Assembly: GCA_946965045.2 (NCBI GenBank)
Contig: OX337232.1
Coordinates: 2,790,001 to 2,854,000 of the forward strand
Origin: Epithemia pelagica
Lineage: Eukaryota > Protista > Bacillariophyta
Length of the DNA stretch: 64,000 nucleotides
Direction: 5' to 3'
Below are positions 31,401 to 43,000 of the stretch, in pieces. The translations under genes and the position numbers were made by a program. The notes under the pieces were generated by a model, which saw nothing but the letters and a program-made list of their open reading frames with translations, was not told the origin of the DNA and searched no databases. Every line of letters starts with the position of its first letter. Position 1 is the stretch's first letter.

Positions 31401-34164
31401 TTCGCGGCAGAAGCAAAATGCTCATTGTCCTCATTCTGCGTATTCTTCGACACATAGCATGTCATATACACGACACTACCACCATCGACACCCGCAACCA
31501 CATTGGTGTTACAAGCAAACAGATTACTTGCCGCACGATTATGGATATTCATCATAACATCTGCTCTGGAACGCTTATGACCTACATGGAAAAGCTGTCG
31601 TGCACGGTTGTTCCCTTTCCAGTCGTACCAATTAGTGTAATGCTCATCAAAAACCGAAGTGGTTTTTTCAAAGGGAAGGTTGGGAATCTTCATCCGGCAT
31701 TCTCCCCCTTTTTTGAAACATGCTGTACAGTGATTCAAATTATGTAGGTTCCTCAAAGCTGCGACAAACCTTGCAGCTTGTTTATCGTCGAGGATCTTCG
31801 GAACAAACGGATGATTATGCCGCATCAATGCAAACTCCATAAGTAGCTGATATTTTGTGTGTTGTGAAGAAACATGTGGCCAAAACGGTTCATCGTCCCC
31901 CCCCTGCAGAGAAAACATTGGGTCAAGTAGGATTTTTACCAGATCCTCACTTGAGTAGCCTTTGTCACAAGTCCCACACTTCATAATTTGTTTCCCACCG
32001 AAAGCCGTCTTTCCAGCCCGTGTACGGAGATTTCGCAAGTCCTGCGCACTGCAGTGCTCCAAGACAGACCCAGAGCAGCCATCATTTGTGCACACCGGTT
32101 GACAATCGTTACCATGCAATTCCGCACTTGACACGGCTGACACATATTTCTCCATTTGCTTCTTGAACGTATCCCTGAGGCTTTCATCCGATAGCCCATT
32201 TAGCAATTTTGCCCAATCTTTCACCCACAGCAGAAAATGTGCATGTAGGGTTTTTCGTCCCTGTTCCTCAACTGCGTAACACCACGCACTTATGTCTCCA
32301 AATATTCGAAAGCAGGGTTTGTTTTTCTGTTCAGTTTCGTCCCACCCTATCAAATGTGCGATTGTAATCCGGAGTACATTCTCAAAATCAAATGCACACA
32401 GCCCTGGATTATCAACCCTAATTTCCTTACATTCCTTAGCATATTTTGCAAGTTCACTGAAATCACAAGTGAATGGATCGGGTGGTGGACGCTTGCCCGT
32501 CCCGTCCGTCGACATTACCCTGATTCTGTAGTTAATTGCATCCTCTGGTGTAATGGTAAACAACAAAGACGGCAAACCATGATGCGAAATCATCGAAAAC
32601 ATTCTCTGTCGGGCCCTTTTTGCCGCACCCGACGTATGGCCCATGGAAGAAGTAATCGCTCTCAACTTTTGAAGAAACATGTATCCCGGGGTGGAACATG
32701 ACACGTTGTCCTGCATCATCCGCAAGGCCTCCTCAATTGCCTCTGTCGAAATATCTGGAAACGACTGTGCTTGTGAATCAGACACCCTAAGGAAAGTATT
32801 GGCAACCATTCTTTGTCTCTCAAACATATTATGAAGGACACATATAAAGGCTGCCCCATGAAAACGTGATGGGGCTAACATAGACAAATGTTTCAGATAC
32901 CCAACCCCCTGCCGCGATTCACCCTCCGAATTACGACCGCCAATTCTGTAGGGAAACTGAAGGGGGAACGCACGAATCAAGTTGTCACCCTCATAATCAC
33001 GGAGTAGATGTGGGGTTGGCCGGGATATCAATGTTGCTTGCTTGTCAGACTCTGGTGTTACTAAATTTTCTACAGAAGCATTTCTGAACTCCTGCTGAGT
33101 CGCGAACCCACCATTACCTGTTTTGGGTTCATCAGAGTCCGGGAAAACCGCATTGATTTCAAAAACCAGCTCGACATTTGACGACGATTCAGGAACAATC
33201 TCTGCTTTGTCAAGGAAAATTGGTTTCAGCATTGCATCTGTTGGGAGATCATATTCTGCATATAGTGGGTTATTTGCTTTTAACCATACCAGTGCATTTT
33301 GCATTTTTTCCCATCTCACTTCGGTTTTCTCCCTAACTTTTGCACGCTGGGATGACGTAAACGGGCCGCACAATACCACCGCGATTGTAGGAATGTATAA
33401 CTTCTTTTCTGCGTTTTCTTCCCCACCCAAGCTATCATTGCTTTCTCCTTGCTGGTGTCGTCGTGTGGTTGCCTAATTACACCAATTAACAACGCCATTG
33501 ACGGCATCAAGGTCATTATAGTACAGCGAATGCCATCCCCTTATTGATTTATGGCTACCAGCGGTAAATGAAAAAATGTGTTTGTTTGTCCTAGCGGGCG
33601 CTATCATAGCCAATTCAACCTCATTAAGGTCTGTCAAACACACAGGAGGCTTTCCAATCGATAGGCCGTTAACAATGGCATAGCGTGGTGGGGTGCAGTC
33701 ACCTTTCTTGTTTTTCATGTTCTGAAGGTGCGAGTGACAAGCCCTACAGCATCCAAGGCCTTCTTTTGTGCCCTTTTGGCGGGGTATGATTTGGGGGACA
33801 AAACCAAATTGTTCAGAAACTTATACTCCTTTCGCCTAGTCGTATAACAGTGCTGTGTATAGTGCTTCTGGATAGCAACCTGCCCTTCCTGTTTAATCCC
33901 ATACTCCAACAAACCCAAGTTCTTCTTCGACAACACAGAACACAAACGTTTGTGACGGATGTCCTGTATGGTCAAGCATTTCTCATCACCGTATGGAATC
34001 AATGTGTCACAAACACAGCATATTTTTGCGTTTGAGTTGCCCTGTGCGTCTGTGTACAACAACCCATTGCGCGCAGATTCTGCATTTCTAATGCCCTGAG
34101 ATCTTGCCCTAAAATCTGCATTCATGACTAAAATGAAGCTAAAAATCAAATAAACAAAATGCAT
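28466..34164 (-). mobile_element. Helitron RepHel gene (Helitron2-like, no APE endonuclease), disrupted by one frameshift and one nonsense codon
   Basis: Rep motifs GLPSLLFTITP, VEEQGRKTLHAHFLLW and YMTCYVSK. Pif1 helicase motifs GAGGTGKS, DEIS, GDFTQL, HKLQGRSL and YVCLSR. The N-terminal Cys/DUF6570-like region is split over ORFs 33715..34164 and 33473..33718. Frameshift near 33770; in-frame TAG at 33473-33475. Confidence 0.92.
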
Positions 34165-34171
34165 GTCGCTG

Positions 34172-34398
<227 letters not shown>

Positions 34399-34697
34399 AT
34401 GTTACTCAGTGTAAGTCGCTGTAAGCACGAAAGCTGTGGCGGGAATTCCTTTGTTGTCAGAAACAACTATTGAGGAAGCCTCTTTTCCAACAGCCGCGTT
34501 GCCGTAGTACCCGACTAATTACGAAACGCGGGCCCCTCACACCGTAGTAATCCAGGTTGTCAGTATATCACAGACAATAATGTCACGTGACTGGCAGCTT
34601 CACCTGTTAGGGATCCACGCACTGAGCCTGTCCTTGTAGTCTTGATACTTGAGTCTTGCCCAATCACTGTGGGATCGCCAGTCCCTTGCCCGTACTC

Positions 34698-34850
34698 CAC
34701 ACGGCCGACGACAGACGGCGTCCTCGGTCAACCAAGATTCAGATTTCCGTTCAGATCGCGAATCAGTCGCCCTCTTCACACGGCCGACGACAGACGATGT
34801 CGTAAGACAACCGAGATTCAGTTTCGGTCCCGCGGAATCAGTCGCCCTGT
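34698..34850. repeat. Two-copy 79-bp tandem repeat
   Basis: CACGGCCGACGACAGACG...AACC.AGATTCAG...GAATCAGTCGCCCT, with ACGGCCGACG at 34701 and 34780. Confidence 0.8.
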
Positions 34851-35504
34851 CCGTGATGCAGAAAAGAGTACCGACTATGTGGCGAGCACAGCCGCGACAG
34901 ATGTTTCGTTAGTGCGCAATGATGTGCCGTAGCACGCGGAGTTGTACCTGTCGAGTACTTTAAACTCCGCCCCCCTGACGGTATCCAGCCGGTCTGGCAA
35001 GGATCGCCCTCTTTTCAACCTTTCGGTCTACTTGTACTCAAGGTACGGGATGGGGGTGTACAACAATCTCTAGGGATTGGAAATCCAGTTGCCGGTTGGA
35101 TTGGTTACCACCGATGGTTCCCCGGATTTTGTTAGCAAAGACACAGAACTCACACACGGAATCAAGCGACACACTTCCTTCCTCAGATCGTTTCACACAA
35201 ACACACGTGGTTACACGTGGTTACTCAGCCGCCACAAGAACACGCGGTTACACAACAATACGTGTGATAAACTTCGTTCCAAGTACCAACAACCAACCGA
35301 CAAATTATGCTGTGAGCTGTGAACTGTGAACCAGCACCGGAATACAAAATAATGAAAGCAAGAAATAATGAGACAAGATGGATGGAGTGGATGCTGATCA
35401 GTTCCAATCCGTAATGTACTAGAAAAACGTGGACGGCACACAACTAACACGCCGGACTACTACGTTAATCACCACGCTAGAATAGTACCACAGACTGTAC
35501 TAGT

Positions 35505-35980
35505 GTTGTGTTTCACGCTGCGGTCGTGTTTGATTGTTGAATATGTGTGGTGCTTGAAAGATCGTGGAAATAGACTGCACGCCGTGGGCTGGTGGGAACG
35601 GACTAGGTAGTTTGATTGCTGTGCATCGCGTTGTTGTGTCTCTGTCAGCATTGGCATCTCCCCCGGTACGGCGTGGTGTTTCACGCTCTTGTGTTCCACG
35701 GTCCTCTTGCGGTCGTGGTTGATTGTTGAATCTGTTGTTGTTTGTGGTGTCTCCGATTGCATTGGCACTTCGTCGGGTGGTTCACGCTGCTGCATTCGTG
35801 GTTGATTGTTGGGTATGTGTGTAAATTGTTGTCGGTTGTGTTCCACGGTCCTCTTGCGGTCGTGGTTGATTGTTGAATCTGTGTGCTGTTTGTGGTGTCT
35901 CCGAATGCATTGGCACTTCGCCCGGTGATTCACGCTGCTGCATTCGTGGTTGATTGTTGGGTATGTGTGTAAATTGTTGT
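35505..35980. repeat. 147-bp tandem repeat (two near-identical copies plus degenerate upstream parts)
   Basis: GTGTTCCACGGTCCTCTTGCGGTCGTGGTTGATTGTTGAATCTG... at 35691 and 35838. Confidence 0.85.
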
Positions 35981-36163
35981 GTGTCCTGATGATGACATAA
36001 ATGGACCGTTGCAGTCCACGGTACGACTCGACCTGGATTCGACGTTAATGGACTGATGGAGATGGCACGACAATCAACCATAACAGCATTCATTTCCTGT
36101 TGATCTCATAAATCCGGCTGAGAACAATTTGTGTCTTATCTGGAGAAAGTTGAGTAAGACAGC

Positions 36164-37044
36164 ATGGTGAGTTCCGTTCGTCGTGCAATAACCATGGTGC
36201 TTGGCCCGGCGCTTACTTACCGTCCCCATTTTTGCAGACCAACGCAACAGAAACATCCGATGTGTCCCAGGGTGCGCACAGAGTGGTTACTCCCGTTAAG
36301 CTCAAGAGGAGTCCATTTGCTTCGAAAGGGAAGAAGAAAGTGAAGGACGTCCGTGCATCTGCGGCTGGGCCGCAGGTGACGGAAGTTCACCTCGAACAGT
36401 GTGGTCCGAAGGGAGCGTTTATTGTTGGGTATCTTAAGCTTCAGAAGGCGGGTGTTGAAGAATCGGGATATCTGAAGCCAGTCACTGACGAAATTCTCAA
36501 TAGTGCGCAAGGCGAGCTCGAATCGTATGACATGCGCATCACGACCCTACACCGTCGTGTGTCGCGCAAAAAGAATCTTCCGTTGGTGAAGGGCCCCCCC
36601 AAGCCGAACCAAGGTGTTTTTTTCTGGCCATGTGTTGTCGCGTGCCCGCCTACCGAGCACGATCCGTTGGTTGATAACACTGCGCACGCGCAGCTCAAGA
36701 AAGAATTCGCGGAGAAGCTAATCGAGATTCTTGAGCGCGCGGACAATGAGAACCCCAATGTTACTTGGGAAAAGGACTATATTTACAAGGCGGAGTTCGA
36801 CCACACTCAAAGCCCGCCTCGCGCGCTTGATCATCTATTTACAGATGAGCACGTGGCGGAAATAATCGATAGCTACTTGGCCGAGGAAGGGAGTCCCACG
36901 ACGGATTTTTATTCCCAGTTTTTTGACGGTGGTGAAGGTGGTGAACACGTGGAACATGACTCGGTTTTCAGCGTCGACCGTAACGGTCGTTATTCGAATG
37001 TCGCGCGCTTCAAGTTTGGATATCCCGGCATGACTCAAGGCTGA
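36164..37044 (+). CDS. Orphan protein in the TE block, with an ATG-only first exon
   Basis: ATG at 36164-36166 is followed by GTGAGT. A 71-nt intron (36167-36237) has a CTTAC branch-like site and ends TTTGCAG, joining in frame to ORF 36232..37044, which has globular-looking composition. Confidence 0.7.
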
Positions 37045-37679
37045 GGTCTTGTATGGAGAGCACGGAGAGATGGGCCTTTGATTAGTTGTTGTAGTAATCT
37101 AATCTTTAAGTCTTAAGGCCGGCGCCGCAAGTGTTTCGTGCTTATAGGGTTGCATACAGATACAGGTGGTTGTCCTTCACTGCGATTCGCGGTGATTCTC
37201 CTACTTTCATTTTCCTCTCGCTCTGCACATGGGAGCGATGACGGATCTTTGGTTGGCACCATTGACAATTGACAAAGCGAGAGACAGAGAGACACCTACG
37301 TGGACATGGAAGAATACGAGACGTGCGTTTAGCGTTATTTGTTGACCATCCATCATCGACGACATGCTAAAGACCAAAGAAGCCTAATTGGCATCGGATT
37401 GTCCAAAATGATCGGGGAACAATGGCGATACGGCCAAATGGAGGCTCTCAAGGCTGCCGTTGTCCATTTGGCTCTCCCTCCCTATGGAAATGAACAAGAA
37501 GATCCCAACAAGAAGATCCCTATGGAAATGAACAAGAAGATGAATGCAAAAGAAACTACTGTCACCTAAATTGAGACGTGGTAAAGACGCAGACGGCGGA
37601 AAGGTACTCAATTTTTCACGTCAAAAAACAATGGTGTTTGGTTTCTTGATCCGCCGCAACTGGAGACGAGCCGCAACAA

Positions 37680-38480
37680 TCAGACATACGCCTCTTCAAC
37701 CAAACGCGACGATCGGCACGAGTCTCGCTTGCCTCCATTGCTCTCCATTTGTTCGTTCTTGTCAACCAACACAACGGAATCATCATCTTCTTCTGAATCA
37801 TCGTCCTCATGGTCTTGCCCGTCTTGTTTCTCTTCTTCTGAATCATCATCCTCATGGTCTTGCCCATCTAGCTCCTCTTCGGAATCGTCTTCCTCTTCCT
37901 CGTCGTCTTGCTCATTGTCGCTCTCCTGTTTGCATTCTGGTGTGGACGAAAGCGAAAAATTCTCGGGAAGGTAAGTCTCGCCGAAATCACGATGACTTCC
38001 CATCACCATAGCCAGTGTAATAGCACCGTTAGTGAGATCGCTGTCGTTTTCGTACACATATGCCTTCATAGCAATCCGTTTTCCGTTTTGCTTGGTTAGG
38101 CGAATGTCACATAGTGGAATCCGCATCTTTTTTGCAATGGTGCGTAAAACGTGAATTGCCGTGGAGTACTTTTTGACTACGCAGGTACGGAAGTCGACCG
38201 TATCACTCACACGCACGTAACAATCCACGGGTTGGAAGGAACAGCCGCCGTCGATCGTTGTGCGTGCACGATAACCAGGCATGCCTGGATGACGCAAAAA
38301 GCCGGCACGGTTACGGTAGATGGCACGACGAGGATACATGTGACAATACAATGGAACAACCAACGTAGCTTTATAGCCATGGCACGGTCCGTCGTCGAAA
38401 TGTGTTTGATTGTTGGGTGGGTTTTCGGTTGGTTGTCGTGTCGGTCGGTTTCTGTCCACCGTGACGAGTTTCCACGGCAC
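37680..38480 (-). CDS. Orphan protein with a possible ubiquitin-like fold and an acidic repeated tail
   Basis: 266-aa ORF. YVRVSDTVDFRTCVVKKYSTAIHVLRTIAKKMRIPLCDIRLT has a beta-grasp-like pattern; the tail repeats DGQDHEDDDSEE. Confidence 0.5.
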   Translation of the reverse strand: MPWKLVTVDRNRPTRQPTENPPNNQTHFDDGPCHGYKATLVVPLYCHMYPRRAIYRNRAGFLRHPGMPGYRARTTIDGGCSFQPVDCYVRVSDTVDFRTCVVKKYSTAIHVLRTIAKKMRIPLCDIRLTKQNGKRIAMKAYVYENDSDLTNGAITLAMVMGSHRDFGETYLPENFSLSSTPECKQESDNEQDDEEEEDDSEEELDGQDHEDDDSEEEKQDGQDHEDDDSEEDDDSVVLVDKNEQMESNGGKRDSCRSSRLVEEAYV

Positions 38481-38575
38481 GACCTCCGTGGAGGTGTGGT
38501 TACGGTTTGCGGGTGGGTTTTTTAGGTAACAGAATAGAAGAAAAGGTTAGAGACGAAGTTGTCTTATAAATTTTC

Positions 38576-39412
38576 GTGTCCACCACAGTCTGCTTTTGTG
38601 CACTTACCTCAGTTGTCAAGACTATGGTTCAGTTGGTTGTTTTGCCGTCGCGGCACTTCGTTGTTGGGGCCGACGACGAGATGGCGCAGTTTATTGTTAA
38701 AGTTTCGCCGACGTGGGGATTCGGTGCAATGTGCATGCAAGACACTCCACTCGACGTCATTCGGCTTCGCGTTTCCGAAGCGTTGGAGGTTCCGGAAACT
38801 TTGATTGGCTTGGCAGATGAAAAGACAAACCAGGTGATCGATGGTGGTGAGTCTCTTGGTCATGACGGACGAATCATGCGAGTTCGGTGGTCAGTGGATT
38901 CGAGTGAGGGACACAGCTGGGGATTGCCTACGGTTGAGCAAGATTTGGTATTGAAGGGTAGCTACAAGATCTATTTTCGTCCGCCTACTACGTCCAGGCC
39001 CTTTCCGATTGACAAGTTGTCGACGATTGAGGGAGGATTTTGTAATCGCTTTCCGTCTGGTATTCAACGCCCTGTCACGTTTGGTAGTCCGTCTCACGAC
39101 TGGCTCCCTTGCCGTGTCAAGACCAACAATTTGATGGGTGAGTTGATTGTTCATGTTAATCGTTTCTGGGAGATTCGCGATGTGATGGCTGAGTTGTACA
39201 AGACCTACCTACCGGGGGTTGACCCTGGTTTCATGATTCTCAAAAAATCGGGGACGAGCGACCAATTGGGCATTAATGCGACTGTGGTTGAAACAATTTT
39301 CGACGACAATGCTATCGTGACATTGGAGCTTGAATTTAACGTGGGATTGATGGATGCCGTTGTACAGGAACATCAGTACTTGAACTATTTTCCGCGTGTG
39401 GATCTCGTCTAA
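38576..39412 (+). CDS. Orphan protein with two putative ubiquitin-like domains
   Basis: 278-aa ORF with segments QFIVKV..DTPLDVIRLRVSEALEVP..LIGL and LPCRVKT..LIVHVNRFWEIRDVMAELYK..VDPGFMIL..LGINATV..IFDDNAIVTLEL. A paralog lies at 27.7-28.1 kb. Confidence 0.6.
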   Translation: MSTTVCFCALTSVVKTMVQLVVLPSRHFVVGADDEMAQFIVKVSPTWGFGAMCMQDTPLDVIRLRVSEALEVPETLIGLADEKTNQVIDGGESLGHDGRIMRVRWSVDSSEGHSWGLPTVEQDLVLKGSYKIYFRPPTTSRPFPIDKLSTIEGGFCNRFPSGIQRPVTFGSPSHDWLPCRVKTNNLMGELIVHVNRFWEIRDVMAELYKTYLPGVDPGFMILKKSGTSDQLGINATVVETIFDDNAIVTLELEFNVGLMDAVVQEHQYLNYFPRVDLV

Positions 39413-39708
39413 TCGGAAAGTACGAGGAACGGAGAGAGTGAATGGGTACGATCGGTTGTAGAAACGTAATCCCGCCTATATTCTAAAAAAACTTTAGTAT
39501 GCTAATACTGTACGATTTTTCGTCGGCACGCCAGATTCTTACTAAGAATGCCTATGTTTGGGGGGATCTTACTCCAATTTGTGTTGCCTTCGGATGCATT
39601 TCTACAAGTCTAGGTCTTCAGCTTCTATGTTTGGCTAGGTGTTAGTGACAAAGTTGCTAAAATCCTTATGGCGTGGGGGGATGTTTCGTGGGTTGGTTCG
39701 TTGGGCGT

Positions 39709-39825
39709 GATTCTGACGTGGAACAGCGTGGTGAAAAAATGAGTTTATTAATGGATTGATAAACAGACGAGATTCTGACGTGGAACAGCGTGGTGAAATG
39801 GTTTCTATTTAATGGATTGATAAAA
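39709..39825. repeat. Two-copy 62-bp tandem repeat
   Basis: GATTCTGACGTGGAACAGCGTGGTGAAA...AATGGATTGATAAA at 39709 and 39771. Confidence 0.85.
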
Positions 39826-40028
39826 CAATGGATGACCGTTCTTCGATCATTGTTTTTCATCGGGGCTGAATGGTTTTGAATAGGGGTTGGCCCTGCGTTT
39901 TCTGCCTAACGTGGGAAGCTTTTGGTGAAAAGTACTGAATTTCGACTCTTGAGCTAAAAAAATTCTATCTAGTCTTTGTTGTTTTCCCACCCCCAGACCC
40001 CCTTAGCCTGCCGGCTTACCCGACACGT

Positions 40029-43000
40029 TCATTCTGAACTCAGTCGAACAGGACGAGGGGAATAGATTGGTGTCACCGGGGCGAAATTCGGTCTTGCTAG
40101 GTTTGCCAGCTGGGTTGTGCGCGATCTTTGCGCAGATGTATGTGCTCTGTTGGCCGCAATTTGGTTGTTTGCATGTATCGCCAGGGACGAAACGATGGTG
40201 TGTGCCAGGGATGCTTTGGCGTAATGGGCGATTGTGTAGATGTTGGCTTCTGGATAGTGCAGTTTGGTGTCTTTGTTGGCTCGAGAGAGGATGTTGTCGG
40301 GAGCGTGTTCAACGTTCTGGTAAAGTGCGTATGCTGCTGGGTGTCGATTGCTTCGGGCGGCAGATTTGCCGAAGTGTGGATCGGTCCAGTCCGGCGGTTC
40401 AGCTGTGGAAAAGGGCAATGGGTGGTCGTGGTTGAAGAGAAGTCGGTTGGCAAAGTGGCCGAGCGATCCCAAGTGGTCCACTGTGAAGGGGATCAAGTAG
40501 ATACCATTCTGGAGTAAGTGTGTGGCGGTGTCCGGATCACGGCAGTATTTTGCCCTTGCCGCTTCGTGATGCGTCCTCGAGGCAACTTGTGCGATGAATT
40601 TGTGGTCGGACGGGTCTGGAAGGGGTGTTGGGGTCTGCGGAGGCGGAATTGTTACGTCAATGGCTACGTATCGGAACGGGTCATTTTGATGTGGTTGGGT
40701 GAGAAGCATGCCGACGTCGGCCGGGCGAATGTTGCGGCTGTGTTGTGGAGCCAAGCCCGGTGGCTCAAGGTGGACATCATGGAGTGAATCAACTGCTTTC
40801 GCGGCGGGCGCCGCATGGCGGAGGATGTCAAAAAGGGTGTCACGCACGGCGTTGGACAGTGCGGTTTTGGAGGCCTGGTTGCAATGAAAGAGGTGGTCGC
40901 CTGTTCGGTCAAGGGTCTTGCTGCAGCGGCATCGACTGTTGGTTTGGGTGTGGAGGAGTGGTAGCCGGAGTTTTCTACGTATTGCTGTCCGAAAGATTGG
41001 ATTGTCGAGTCGAAATCGTTCGGCGGGGCGTGGGAGGTGGAGTGCCATACTCGTCAACGGTGACAGGAGTGAAGGGAGGAATGCGCGTTGTGTGGGATCG
41101 GTGAGTTCGATCAGTCTGGGAATTACATGTTCTTTGAAGACATGGTTGAGTTGTCGGTTGTGGGTAGTATGATCGAAACGATCGGGGTCATGCAGTGTTT
41201 GGTCGGCGTATTCGGCATTGAAAAGTGACAGGCCTTTGCGGTAAGCTGTGATGGCCGGGTCTTCGCTATGTTCCCAGTTGATGTATTGTTGTTGGTGATG
41301 CGTTGGGACGGGGGAAGATTTGGACAGCGCCAGTTTGATTGCTCGTGCAGTTTGTGTAATGAGACGTGGGTATGCTGCTGCGGCGGCGTTGTGGTATCCC
41401 AGCCCTCCCAGTCGGTTGGGCAGGGAGGCAATGGTTGTTGTTTGTTCGGTTACGTCGGTTTCGACACACGAGGCGAGTGTGGACACAAACTTACCAATCA
41501 ACCGGTTGGTTGTTGCCGTGATTGGGCTTGTCCACAGGGTGGATCTCTGGTTGGCAGGTGGGTTGGCTTGGACGATATCGGCAGGTAGGAGGTGGAGAAT
41601 TGCCGGTATGAAGGAATACCGAAAAAGACTGCTTCTTGTTTGAAGGTCGTCTAGTTGGTTCAGTTTGTCTAGGTTGGTTTCCATCGTTTGGAGTCGTTCG
41701 CGGAGAAATTGTAGGGCAAATTGTGCCGAGCCGATGGGCTGTCCGAGGAAGCGGGTGCCTGAGGTCAGTTCTGGTGTATTTGGGTTGGCGGGACAGAGAA
41801 GGGTCAGTGCCTGTTGGAGGCATTGTTGGTGGTGGACGGGCAGTCTGTCCTTGGGGGATACCTGTGTGGTTGAGGTAAGAATCTTTGTTTTTGTGCCGTT
41901 GAGTTGGATTCCCATGGGCTCACCCAGCTGTTGAAACCGTTGAATGAACCAGTCGATATCCGGGTGGGGTAGGCAAATGGATGTATCATCCATAATCGAC
42001 GCCGTGTGCGCGATGCCGCCTTTGCCGTCGTCATAGTTATCGCCGTTGGCTGTTCTTGCCGCTGCCCTCGCGGCTTGTTCTTTGTTGATGCGATTTGTCA
42101 GTGCCAACAGAAGGAGGCATGAGAATAATGGGCTGAGAGGACAGCCCTGTGGGAATCCTTCCTCTTGGAGGAAGTAATCTGGATTGTGGTTTGCATCGAA
42201 GAACCATGATTGGCAAGGTTTGCCCGTGAGCAGGTCATAGAAGGGGACCAGTGGTGCGGTAGCTGGATCGTTGATGAGAATTTCGCGTGCTGCCGTCCTT
42301 GAAGTGTTGTTGAACATGTTGCAAAGGTCCAATAGGAGGAGGCTGCGTGATGGTAAGTTGTCTTCGTTGTCCCGGTGGATATATTTGTGGACGGCTGCCG
42401 TGGTGGTTTGGGCGACGAAATCCACGCCACCTGGAGTTTGAATTCTGTATTGTCCTCCCTTGAGGAGGATGGGCCGTACTGCATCAGTCATGTGTACTAA
42501 CGCTGTTTTTGCCGCGAGTCGTCGCAGGGCGATTCCGATGCCTATGGGCCGGAGTTTTTCCAAATTTGTCAGATCTTTGTGGAGGGCCAAGAAGTAGTTT
42601 CCCGCTAGGAGTGTTTGGATTGTTGTTGGTATTTGTCCCGTAACAATCAACTGGGTCAGTGCCATGAGGTTGGAGAAGTATGGTCTGGTGGCGTCAGGTG
42701 TGTTTGCTGTTTTATGCAACGCCATTGAGACGAGTGCGTCCGTGCAAGTGGCGTACGGGCCCGAGGCGGTTCCCGGTTTCATTTGGCGCAAGGACAGTTC
42801 GAAAAGGTCCTTGGTGAGTTGCAAGTGTTGTCTTGCTGGTGGCGGAGATTGCACAGTTCCTGTTGCTCTTGTTCCTGGTGGGGGGTTCCGCCGTTTCGGA
42901 AACAGTTCTTCTTGTATTCTTGCAATCCGTGGCGGGGTGAGTTTTGCTGTGGGCATATGCGACATCAAGCGCTTGTACGCTGTCGTGTAATTTCCGACGT

